This document shows, piece after piece, positions 20,357-31,331 of a stretch of 64,000 nucleotides of DNA (its first letter is position 1; every line of letters begins with the position of its first letter). Location of the stretch: the NCBI GenBank assembly GCA_028865725.1, contig JAGWJP010000001.1, positions 143,143 to 207,142 on the forward strand, written 5' to 3'. The notes beneath the pieces were generated by a model. The model was not told where the DNA came from. It saw nothing but the letters and a program-made list of their open reading frames with translations, and searched no databases. The DNA is from Patescibacteria group bacterium (GTDB taxonomy: Bacteria > Patescibacteriota > Minisyncoccia > UBA6257 > JACRHW01). The translations under genes were made by a program, and so were the position numbers.

Positions 20357-20941
20357 TCATGAATGCGTGATAGATTTTTTTATTTTATAACTTATGAGCG
20401 GTAGGACCACTGATATCTGGAATAGTCCAATCGCAATCGGTAAAAAGCTGGAATCGAATGTCCACTGTTGGATCGCAAGAGAACTGAATATTGTTCCCAT
20501 GACCATCAGGAGCCACCCGCTTATTGTTTCAGTCCATGGTTCTTTCCACGCCTTTAGGGTTGTGGGGATTCCACCAACACATGATGCACTCACACTTGCA
20601 ATCAATCCAAGGCGCGGGGAACCTGTTGTTGCCCAAAGAAGGATACCTAATCCGCTTAAGACAAGACATATTTTCTCTAATCCAGTGATGGGTGCGTAAT
20701 TTCCTTTTTTGAATGAAAGAACTACCACAATTCCTGTACCCAGTGTCCAGACCGATGGCATTACTGTCGCAGGACCGATGCCACCACAGAGTGCGCTTGT
20801 AAACATCAGCCCGTCTTGAATAAACCAAATTATCCACGACATTCTATTCGGAATAACAGTCCCTTTCACGGTTCCTACGATAAAGGGGATATACGCAATG
20901 CTAATTGTCAAAGCCGAGAGCACCACAAAAAGTCGTTCCAC
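20357..20941 (-). CDS. Hypothetical multi-pass membrane protein
   Basis: GGAGGT SD, about 7 TM segments, PN..SW.IW and PT..KAW..P..E motifs. Confidence 0.7.
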   Translation of the reverse strand: MERLFVVLSALTISIAYIPFIVGTVKGTVIPNRMSWIIWFIQDGLMFTSALCGGIGPATVMPSVWTLGTGIVVVLSFKKGNYAPITGLEKICLVLSGLGILLWATTGSPRLGLIASVSASCVGGIPTTLKAWKEPWTETISGWLLMVMGTIFSSLAIQQWTFDSSFLPIAIGLFQISVVLPLISYKIKKSITHS

Positions 20942-21102
20942 GGTTTTTACCTCCTCCAGGGGTAAGCTTCTAGCTGTTGTTATAGCACATAAACACACTC
21001 TAGTCAATTTTTTAATGAGCTCCCTTTTCTCATCCTCATCACCAAAAACATCCTGTCCAAATCAGGGTATTTTCTTTGGTTTACACTGAGCTTGCCGAAG
21101 TG

Positions 21103-21182
21103 TTGCGGAGGTGGGAGTCGAACCCACTATTCCCAGGTTATGAGCCTGATGTGATATAAAATATCCGTTTCACTCCCCCGCG
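21103..21182 (-). tRNA. tRNA-Met(CAT), initiator-like, with an enlarged D-loop
   Basis: C1:A72 mismatch, TCAGG-CTCATAA-CCTGG anticodon arm, GTGGG-TTCGACT-CCCAC T-arm. Confidence 0.8.
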
Positions 21183-21306
21183 ATGAGATTTTTTCTAGTA
21201 TAGCTGATTGTAGGGAAAATTCAAGGAGGGGATATAAATGCTTGACATTCACACATAAATCTGGTATATATAGTTAGCTCTATCATGGAAAAGGAGGGTG
21301 CTGTTT

Positions 21307-21984
21307 ATGCAGTCGATAAGGGAAAAACTTTTGGAAGGAAAGGATCGTTTGTGGAAATCTCGGTTGGAGTATCAGATTCGTGAGACTCTTGTTTTTCCTG
21401 AAGTGGAAAGGTGCGCGGCTTTGGTTGCGGCTTTCTGGAACGAGGGAATCATGAGTCGGATCGCGCCGACGCACATCTTCGAGCGTCAGGCACGTGAAAG
21501 GACTCAAAGACTCTTGTGGCCGGGCACTCGGGAGGACATCGAATTGTATTGGAGGATTCTCTATGCACTCGGGTTTTCAATTGAAGCGATTAAAAAAAAT
21601 TTTTCTCTTATCGCATCGAACGAAAGTTTTGTGGCCGGAGTATTTCAGAACATTGAGCTTGTTTTTAGTCCTGAAGTAAAAGCACTTTTTCCTCATCATC
21701 GCAATAATCCTTATATCGGGATCTGCGAAGCGCTGATGGATTATGCTCGTGAAGAGATTACAAAGCGAGGCGCTGTGCCTCATAATCCTTTGATTCCATG
21801 GGAATCCGTCGGTACCTGGGAGGGCATGGAACTCACAGTGGATCGTTATACCCAAGATGGTTTGATTTCTTTTAGGGCAAGGAATTTTCAGGATCACAGG
21901 CGCCTTTCTGATCTTATGGGTGCAAATTTCTCGGGAATTTCTCCGAGTTGCGTGAATCCGCAAGATTTTAAAGTGACGAATTAA
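21307..21984 (+). CDS. Hypothetical protein
   Basis: Own TTGACA promoter (21242), AGGAGG SD and terminator (about 21991-22013). Confidence 0.65.
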   Translation: MQSIREKLLEGKDRLWKSRLEYQIRETLVFPEVERCAALVAAFWNEGIMSRIAPTHIFERQARERTQRLLWPGTREDIELYWRILYALGFSIEAIKKNFSLIASNESFVAGVFQNIELVFSPEVKALFPHHRNNPYIGICEALMDYAREEITKRGAVPHNPLIPWESVGTWEGMELTVDRYTQDGLISFRARNFQDHRRLSDLMGANFSGISPSCVNPQDFKVTN

Positions 21985-22086
21985 AAAATGGGCCGCAGCA
22001 GTGCGGCTTTTTTATCGAATTACGAATAATAAGGCACTGTCCGAATGGGTAGCGGTTTTCTTTCGTACACTGGCGATTGAATTGAG

Positions 22087-22164
22087 TGGCGCGGACGATG
22101 GGATTTGAACCCACGGCCTCCTCAGTGACAGTGAGGCGTTCTAACCGGGCTGAACTACGTCCGC
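22087..22164 (-). tRNA. tRNA-Asp(GTC)
   Basis: GCGGACG acceptor stem, CTGTCAC loop, GGTTCAAATCC, encoded CCA. Confidence 0.95.
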
Positions 22165-22278
22165 ATAAGTATTGTTCCTATCATAGCGATTTTTATAAAT
22201 AAATCAATGTATGATTTGTGCGGAGCATTGATATAGACCGCAGTATCAGGTATTCTGAAAATATGTTTTTCTCTTTAT

Positions 22279-23298
22279 ATGATTATGACGATCAATGAAA
22301 TTGAACATTCCGTATTTGCGGAAATTCATAACACCCATACCGCAAAGGAGCTTGAGGAAGTGCGCGCCCGCTATCTTGGTCGGAAGGGTACTCTTACTTC
22401 CGTGTTGCGAGGTCTTGCAGAATTGAGCTTGGAGGATCGGCGCGAGATCGGCCCCCGCGCACAGGCTCTGCGTGATCGTATTGAAGAAGCATGTGAGGAT
22501 CGACTTCAGGATTTTGAGGCCACATCGGAAACATTTTTTGATGTTTCGTTTCCTGGAAAGAAAATTACTGTCGGACATCATAACCCACTTTCATTACTTA
22601 TCCAGGATACAGAGGATATTTTTCTTTCGCTGGGATTTTCTGTGGTGGATGGACCGGAGGTGGAAACTGAGTTTAATAATTTCGATGCGCTTAATATCCC
22701 CGCCAATCATCCTGCGCGCGAAATGTGGGATACCTTTTGGCTGAAGCGTGCTCACAATACCGAGCCTCGTAAACTTCTCCGTACGCATACGAGCCCCGTG
22801 CAGATTCGCTATATGCAGACGCACGAGCCACCTTTTCGTATTATTGTGCCCGGTACGACGTATCGCTATGAAGCAACTGACGCGCGCCATGAAATGCAGT
22901 TTTCTCAGATAGAGGGGCTTGCGGTCGGGGAAACGGTGACGCTTGCGAATTTCAAATCGATCATCACCGCGTTTTTTAGTAGGCTTTTTGCGCAAAAGGT
23001 GGAGATTCGATTGCGCCCTAGTTACTTTCCGTTTGTGGAGCCAGGGGTAGAAGTAGACGCAACGTGTCCCCGATGTCACAAGAGGGGTTGTGAACTTTGC
23101 ACATTTACCGGTTGGCTGGAGCTTGGAGGGGCAGGCATGGTGCATCCTCACGTATTCGATGCGGTGGGGTATAATCCGAACACGATTCAAGGGTTTGCAT
23201 TTGGCGTAGGCGCAGAACGTCTCGCGATGATTAAATACGGTATTCCCGATATCCGTTTATTTCGCTCGAGTGATTTGCGATTTATTCAGCAATTTTAA
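22279..23298 (+). CDS. pheS: Phenylalanine--tRNA ligase alpha subunit
   Basis: NFDALNIP..HPAR...DTF, LRTHTSPVQ, YFPFVEP, GFAFG.G.ERLAM. Confidence 0.98.
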   Translation: MIMTINEIEHSVFAEIHNTHTAKELEEVRARYLGRKGTLTSVLRGLAELSLEDRREIGPRAQALRDRIEEACEDRLQDFEATSETFFDVSFPGKKITVGHHNPLSLLIQDTEDIFLSLGFSVVDGPEVETEFNNFDALNIPANHPAREMWDTFWLKRAHNTEPRKLLRTHTSPVQIRYMQTHEPPFRIIVPGTTYRYEATDARHEMQFSQIEGLAVGETVTLANFKSIITAFFSRLFAQKVEIRLRPSYFPFVEPGVEVDATCPRCHKRGCELCTFTGWLELGGAGMVHPHVFDAVGYNPNTIQGFAFGVGAERLAMIKYGIPDIRLFRSSDLRFIQQF

Positions 23299-23301
23299 CT
23301 T

Positions 23302-25329
23302 ATGAAGTTTAGCATCGAATGGCTTAAAGATTATGTGGCGATCAACGATACTCCTGAAGCGTTGGCGGAACGTATCACGTTACATAGTTTCGAAGTAGAA
23401 GGACTTGAGAAACACGACCATGATATTCTGATGGATGTTTCATTTCTTCCCAACCGTTTTCCTGATGCAGCAAACTATTATGGTTTTGCACGCGAAGTAA
23501 GTGCGGTGACTGGCGTTCCGTTGATAGGGCCGCACAGTCTTTCTCAACAAAACCCATTTTCTAAAAAGAAGTGGAAACAGACATGGCCACTTGAGGTGCA
23601 AAATGCAGACGATTGTCCGCGTTACTCAGGGCTTCTTATGAAAGGTGTGCGTGTGGAAGGCTCGCCTACGTGGCTTCGCGAACGGCTAGAAATAAATGGC
23701 CTTCGTTCTATCAATACCGTGGTGGATATAACAAATTATGTGATGTTAGAGCTCGGTCAACCTCTTCATGCGTTTGATGCAGCGAAGGTAGATAATGGCA
23801 TTGTAGTGCGTCGCGCACGAGGAAGGGAGCATATGACAACACTTGATGGAAAGGATGTTGATTTGTCTCCTGAAGATCTTGTGATCGCTGATCAATCAAA
23901 CGTGCTCGCGCTTGCAGGAATAAAGGGCGGAAAGGCGGCGGAGATTATTTCTTCTACCACTTCAATACTTCTTGAGGCGGCGAATTTTAATGCGGATTTT
24001 GTGCTTCGCACTGCGCGGAGAGTTGGGATCACCACTGATGCGTCCTATCGATTTAAGTACGGTCTCGACCCCAACCTTACCGAAGTGGCGCTTGCGCGCG
24101 CTGCGGAGCTGGTAAAAAAGATTTGCGGTGGCTCTATAGAAACATTTGCGGACGCATATCCCCATAAGGTACTTCCCCGTGTAATTGCGTTTGATCCCCG
24201 GCGTTATGAGGCGCTGATCGGCGAACCGGTAAGCCTTTCTTCCGCGCGATCGCTTTTTAAACGTTTAGGATGGGGAGTAGTAAAAGCAGTGAAAGGACTT
24301 GTGTGGGTAGAAGTGCCCACCTTTCGGAGAGACGTCGAACGATTTGAGGACGTAGTGGAAGAGGTTGCGCGGTTGCGAGGGTATGAAGAATTAGGAAGCA
24401 TCCCTCCCGTTACCGTGCTTCTTCATGCGGCTCAAGACGAATCTATTGCGTTTTCTCGCTCTGTGAAAAAACGCATGCTTACGTTTGGATTTGACGAATT
24501 GTATAGCTATTCGTTTATTCCGGAGAGCTGGAATGTGGTGTGTGACGAGAAGACACTCGTGCAGCTTGAGAACCCTGTAAGTACCGAGTATTTCTATTTA
24601 CGTCCTCTTCTTTTGCTTTCCCTATTTCGTGCACTTGAAAGTAATGCAAAGTTTTTTTCCTCACTTCGTTTTTATGAAATAGGAAAAGCGTTTACGCATG
24701 ACGAAGAAGCGGGAATTGTAGAACGCGCAAAATTGGCAGGCATGGTTATGAGCGAAGAAAAAGGGGGTGCGTCGTTTTATGAACTTAAAGGGGTGCTTGA
24801 TGCGTTATTTCAAGGATATGGTATTGCAGATGTGGAATACTGTCCCTCAGATGCATGGAAAGGAGTGTTTGCACAGGGTCAGGTTGCGGAACTCATGGTG
24901 GATGGGACGTCGATTGGGTTTCTGGGTATGATCGATTCGAAGTGGCTTTCACGGTTTGGCGTAGCGCGCCCCGTGGCCGCATTTGAACTTGATCTTGAAC
25001 TTCTTTGTTCTGCCGCGAATGAGGAACGTGAATTTGTGCCGCTTCCGAAATATCCGGCGGTGATACGCGATGTTTCGTTTCTCATTGATACTACAGTACG
25101 AATTGACGATATGCGTCGTGTGATTAATGATGCAGGCAGCAAAATGCTTCAGGATGTCGATCTTTTTGATATGTTCGAAGATGAAAAGCTTGGAACTGGA
25201 AAAAAGAGTATATCATTTCATCTTACGTTTCGTTCCGATGGACGTACCTTGACGAGTGAGGAGGTCGGTCATGATATGGAAACGATCATTGCCGCGCTTC
25301 AGAAACAATTTGCAATCGAAGTGAGATAA
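23302..25329 (+). CDS. pheT: Phenylalanine--tRNA ligase beta subunit (short, 675 aa)
   Basis: VDITNYVMLELGQPLHAFD, EEVAR..GY, C-terminal FDX-ACB (KKSI.F.L.FR...RTL). Confidence 0.96.
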   Translation: MKFSIEWLKDYVAINDTPEALAERITLHSFEVEGLEKHDHDILMDVSFLPNRFPDAANYYGFAREVSAVTGVPLIGPHSLSQQNPFSKKKWKQTWPLEVQNADDCPRYSGLLMKGVRVEGSPTWLRERLEINGLRSINTVVDITNYVMLELGQPLHAFDAAKVDNGIVVRRARGREHMTTLDGKDVDLSPEDLVIADQSNVLALAGIKGGKAAEIISSTTSILLEAANFNADFVLRTARRVGITTDASYRFKYGLDPNLTEVALARAAELVKKICGGSIETFADAYPHKVLPRVIAFDPRRYEALIGEPVSLSSARSLFKRLGWGVVKAVKGLVWVEVPTFRRDVERFEDVVEEVARLRGYEELGSIPPVTVLLHAAQDESIAFSRSVKKRMLTFGFDELYSYSFIPESWNVVCDEKTLVQLENPVSTEYFYLRPLLLLSLFRALESNAKFFSSLRFYEIGKAFTHDEEAGIVERAKLAGMVMSEEKGGASFYELKGVLDALFQGYGIADVEYCPSDAWKGVFAQGQVAELMVDGTSIGFLGMIDSKWLSRFGVARPVAAFELDLELLCSAANEEREFVPLPKYPAVIRDVSFLIDTTVRIDDMRRVINDAGSKMLQDVDLFDMFEDEKLGTGKKSISFHLTFRSDGRTLTSEEVGHDMETIIAALQKQFAIEVR

Positions 25330-25413
25330 ACTGATTCTACTACTTGCGAAAAGAACACCGCTATGCTAGTATAAGTTAGTTCGTTGAAAGCTCCTGGGAC
25401 TTAGGAGGTTGCT

Positions 25414-25677
25414 ATGGAACACAAGATCGGCGTGTTTCTTACGAATCTCTTGAAGAGTGTGGAGAATCAAGAACAAGAAATTAATGTCATTGTAAGAATA
25501 AGCTCCACTGCTGATGTCCAAAGGGTGCTTTCAGAGCTTGCCAAGGTTGGATTTAGGAAACATTCAAGTGGATCTTTAATTATCACAGGATCAATTGCAG
25601 CGCAGAATATTAAGGCTCTCGCGGCGCTTTCTTTTGTTTTGAGCGTAGAGGCTCCTCGTCGATTATTTACGTGTTAA
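25414..25677 (+). CDS. Hypothetical protein resembling a stand-alone subtilase propeptide (I9-like)
   Basis: AGGAGG SD; INVIV...IITG.I....I.ALA.L.FV.SVE pattern. Confidence 0.6.
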   Translation: MEHKIGVFLTNLLKSVENQEQEINVIVRISSTADVQRVLSELAKVGFRKHSSGSLIITGSIAAQNIKALAALSFVLSVEAPRRLFTC

Positions 25678-25866
25678 TTTTTCGCGATCTCACATTAGTG
25701 AGGTCTTTTTTATATTGAATTAAGAGGTTTTATTTTTTGCACCACTTCTTTAAAATCAATCATCTTTTTCTAACCCACTCAACTAAGTACAATAATAACA
25801 AATATTGTCAAGTCATCCAGTTGCGTTTGCGGTGGTGTTTCGTTATAATGAAAGGCATCATTATAG

Positions 25867-27888
<2,022 letters not shown>

Positions 27889-28231
27889 AACTCACGCATG
27901 TGGCAAATTTTGGTGTCGAGAGTTCCGGTGCGCGTTCACTGTATTTTTAATACAGCTCACTTTGCTTCTCACTCTCTCCTAAAAATTTGCCCATCTTCGT
28001 GGGTTTTATACCCCGTTTCTCGTGTGCGTCTCACATCGTATTCAAACATAAATGTTTTTTGTTTCTTGTTTAATTTCGATATAACGTTGGAGTCCTCGCT
28101 TCGATACTCGGTTTTTCCTTGAATTGTATCCAAACGCATCTTTTTTACCTGAAAACGTTGCTCACGCGTATGAGTTTTTGTGTCCGAATCGCGAATATAA
28201 AAAACCGGCGGTGTTTCCGTCGGATGTTTTT

Positions 28232-28531
28232 TTATTCTTCAGAAAATGATGCGGCACGGAGTGCGCGCAGCTTCACTTCGGTATGTGCGACTAGCCAACT
28301 GACAACCCATGGACGCGTGTTGAGCGCAGGGAGCGCGCTGTTATCACCCGTGCTCCACCGTTCGATAGTAGAGGAATCAAAACAAAATTCATCTATCGCA
28401 TCCTTTAAGGTTATAATTTTCAATTCAATAGCCGTTGCAAACGCTTCTTTAAAAAATCCGTCATCATTTTCATTTCCATTTTGAAGCGTATGAAGATACC
28501 GCTCCAGGTCTCTTGGTTTTGGATTTGTCAT
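28232..28531 (-). CDS. XRE/Cro-like HTH protein
   Basis: AGGAGGAGG SD; F.FDSSTIERW..G...P..R...WL pattern. Confidence 0.65.
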   Translation of the reverse strand: MTNPKPRDLERYLHTLQNGNENDDGFFKEAFATAIELKIITLKDAIDEFCFDSSTIERWSTGDNSALPALNTRPWVVSWLVAHTEVKLRALRAASFSEE

Positions 28532-28548
28532 AAGCGCCTCCTCCTTTT

Positions 28549-28950
28549 TTATCTTGTACGTTCAGATTGTTTACGGCGCGCACACGCGGCAAGCCATTTC
28601 AATACCGCTGTTCTTAATGAAGGGTGAGGAATAGCAGTTCCGGTGCCCCAACGCCAAATTGTCATTTTGCTATACCCAAAACGGCGCGCGAGGCTTGTAC
28701 GATTTGTAATATTGAGCTCGAATGCTCTTAGGATTGCCTGCTTAAAATTTTCGCTCTCAGAAACATCCAGTGTAGTGACGCGGGCAATATATTACTTGAT
28801 TTTTTCGTCGTGGTCGGCGGGAACTCTTTTTTCCTCTTTCCGTACGAGAGGGGCGAGTGCATTAAGGAGTAATCGCTGTGCTGCCGCATATGTTATCAAT
28901 TCATCTCGGGTAAGTTTCGTGAGGTCTTCATCCATCGTAATATCCCCCAT
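28549..28950 (-). pseudogene. XRE-like HTH paralog interrupted by an in-frame TAA at 28792-28794
   Basis: Reading through the TAA gives 80 more codons (..SLARRFGYSKMTIWRWGTGTAIP..LKWL) that align with 28232-28531. Confidence 0.75.
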
Positions 28951-29068
28951 AGTTGTATAAAGATCCGAACTTATTATACACATATTGACATTTTTATCAA
29001 GCGGATGTACCATGTGAGTAAGAAATAAGGAGCCCCGGAAGGGCTTTTAAAAATGATTTTTTTATATT

Positions 29069-29266
29069 ATGACGAAATTGTTTGGCAATATCATACCGTA
29101 TACGAAGGAAGTCTATTTTGAGCTTAAAAAGGTTAACTGGCTTTCCCAAAAACAGTTAATACAGTACACGATTGCGGTGATCGGGCTATCGTTATTTGTT
29201 GCATTGTTTCTTGGCCTACTCGATGCGGGGTTTGTCTACGCAATCACTAACTATTTTGTTAAATAA
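29069..29266 (+). CDS. secE: Preprotein translocase SecE
   Basis: ELKKVNW motif plus one TM; upstream of nusG. Confidence 0.93.
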   Translation: MTKLFGNIIPYTKEVYFELKKVNWLSQKQLIQYTIAVIGLSLFVALFLGLLDAGFVYAITNYFVK

Positions 29267-29306
29267 TTAAATTAATTTCTCAAGGATAGATTCTCACTAT
29301 TATATT

Positions 29307-29858
29307 ATGGCACAACAAGAGGCAAAATCAGGAGAACGGAGTTGGTATGCGGTCCATACCTATTCGGGATATGAAGACGCAGTGGTGCGCTATCTTACGC
29401 AGCGCATCGAGTCTTTTGATATGCAGAACAAAATTTTCAACGTACTTGTGCCCAAGGAACGCAAGGTGAAAATCAAGAATGGCAAACGCAAGGTCACAGA
29501 AGAAAAGATTTATCCCGGCTATGTGTTAGTAGACATGATTATGGATGAAGGCACGTGGTATGTGGTGCGCAATACTCCGCGCGTCACAGGATTCGTAGGC
29601 GCTGATTCTACCGAACCTACCCCGCTTTCAAATGAGGAAATCCATATGTTTATGGAAAAGATGGGAGTGGAAGAGCCTAAGTTTAATCTTGATGTCGAGG
29701 TGGGCGATATGGTAAAGATTAGCGATGGGCCGTTTAAAGATTATGAGGGAAAGGTGAGCGAGATTGATGAGGAGCGTGGCAAGATCAAGGTGCTTGTTTC
29801 GATGTTTGGGCGCGAGACTCCTATCGAGCTTGATTTTCTCCAGATTAAAAAGGTATAA
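29307..29858 (+). CDS. nusG: Transcription termination/antitermination factor NusG
   Basis: WYAVHTYSGYE, YPGYVLV, NTPRVTGFVG, KOW DGPF...FGRETP. Confidence 0.98.
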   Translation: MAQQEAKSGERSWYAVHTYSGYEDAVVRYLTQRIESFDMQNKIFNVLVPKERKVKIKNGKRKVTEEKIYPGYVLVDMIMDEGTWYVVRNTPRVTGFVGADSTEPTPLSNEEIHMFMEKMGVEEPKFNLDVEVGDMVKISDGPFKDYEGKVSEIDEERGKIKVLVSMFGRETPIELDFLQIKKV

Positions 29859-29925
29859 GATAACGTATATAGAATCCAGAGAGCGCAAATGGTTTCGTAT
29901 TTCATTTTTTTAGATTCTCAACATT

Positions 29926-30351
29926 ATGGCAAAAAAGATTAAGGTAATGTTAAAACTTCAAATTCCTGCAGGAGCTGCTACTCCTGCGCCTCCAGTTGGT
30001 CCTGCACTTGGCCAGCATGGTGTAAATATCGGAGAGTTTGTAAAACGATTTAATGATGAAACGCGTGAAAAATCCGGCGATATTATTCCTGTAGAGATTA
30101 CTGTGTATGAGGACAGGTCTTTTGAGCTTAAGTATAAAACGCCACCCGCCTCTGATATGTTGCGCAAAGCTGCTGGAGTAGAGAAGGGTTCAGGGACTGC
30201 GGGGAGGAAAAAAGCAGGGACGGTGACGCGTGCCGATTTGGTGCGTATTGCAGAAAAAAAGATGGAAGATCTCAACACGAACGATGTCGATCAGGCAGTC
30301 AAAATTATTGCGGGAACTGCGCGTTCCATGGGCATTGAGGTTACCGACTAA
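29926..30351 (+). CDS. rplK: 50S ribosomal protein L11
   Basis: [24 protein letters not shown]. Confidence 0.98.
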   Translation: MAKKIKVMLKLQIPAGAATPAPPVGPALGQHGVNIGEFVKRFNDETREKSGDIIPVEITVYEDRSFELKYKTPPASDMLRKAAGVEKGSGTAGRKKAGTVTRADLVRIAEKKMEDLNTNDVDQAVKIIAGTARSMGIEVTD

Positions 30352-30510
30352 GATTATTTTTTTGATTCTTGAAGAAAAACCCTTACGTTTTGTAAGAGTT
30401 TTTTAATTCTTGCCACCCTACTCACATGTGGGTTATGCTGAATGTTTTGCATCGCGATGTGAATTTGTTATGCTGAAGAGAGTTCATTATCTCACAAGGG
30501 GGGTTATATT

Positions 30511-31260
30511 ATGCCACAGCTTCATTCCTATCCAGGAACATTTATTTTATTTGAAGGATTAAGCGGAAGCGGGAAAACGTTTCAAGCGCGCCGTGTTCAT
30601 GAGGAGCTGCAGCGTCAAGATGGTGCTGTTCTTTTGAATCAAGAACCCACATCGGGCGTTTTTGGCGCCATTATTCGCGAGGTGATTGAAAAAAGAACAG
30701 TTCCTGCACGGTTGCTTCAACAGGCAGGACAGGCGTTGCACGAGCATTTTCCGAGGAGATTCGATCTATTAGACATGTTCGTGAAAATCGCGGAAGACCA
30801 GCCGCTCAACGAACAGGAACGACAGGCCGTGTTTTTACTCGATCGGTTTGATGATTTGCACAACACCATCCATCCGGCTCTCCAGCGTGAAATGTGCGTG
30901 GTGCAGGATCGTTATGATTTGTCGACCTATGCATACTATAGTGCTGCACAGCCTGACGCGGCGGAAGCATTTCATACCATAGATCGTTTGCATGAAGACA
31001 TTGTAGGATCGCTTTATATCGTCCCCGATCTTATTTTTCTCTTTGATCTGCCGGCATCTGTCGCGGTAGAGCGCCTTCGCGCATCCGGAAAAACGATGGA
31101 TATGTATGAGCGTGAACGTTATCTTTCCTGTGTGCGCAAGTCGTATCGTATGGCGGGGGAATTGGCTGCCACCAAAACGCAGGTCCATCTCGTGGACGCT
31201 TCGCGGTCAAAAGATGAGGTGACAAAAGAGATTCTTGGCATAGTGAACGAGGTGGTATAA
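30511..31260 (+). CDS. tmk: Thymidylate kinase (with internal insertion)
   Basis: FEGLSGSGKT P-loop, QEP, QDRY..STYAY, PDL. Confidence 0.85.
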   Translation: MPQLHSYPGTFILFEGLSGSGKTFQARRVHEELQRQDGAVLLNQEPTSGVFGAIIREVIEKRTVPARLLQQAGQALHEHFPRRFDLLDMFVKIAEDQPLNEQERQAVFLLDRFDDLHNTIHPALQREMCVVQDRYDLSTYAYYSAAQPDAAEAFHTIDRLHEDIVGSLYIVPDLIFLFDLPASVAVERLRASGKTMDMYERERYLSCVRKSYRMAGELAATKTQVHLVDASRSKDEVTKEILGIVNEVV

Positions 31261-31331
31261 ACGAGGATCCCCATGAGGGATCTTTTTTCTGGCTATTTTT
31301 GTCAGAATTTTTTATAATGGAACCACTACGT

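Noticed and set aside
23302-25329. Truncated pheT (and short thrS) as pseudogenes
   Set aside because: Catalytic motifs are intact; loss of accessory domains is typical of streamlined genomes.
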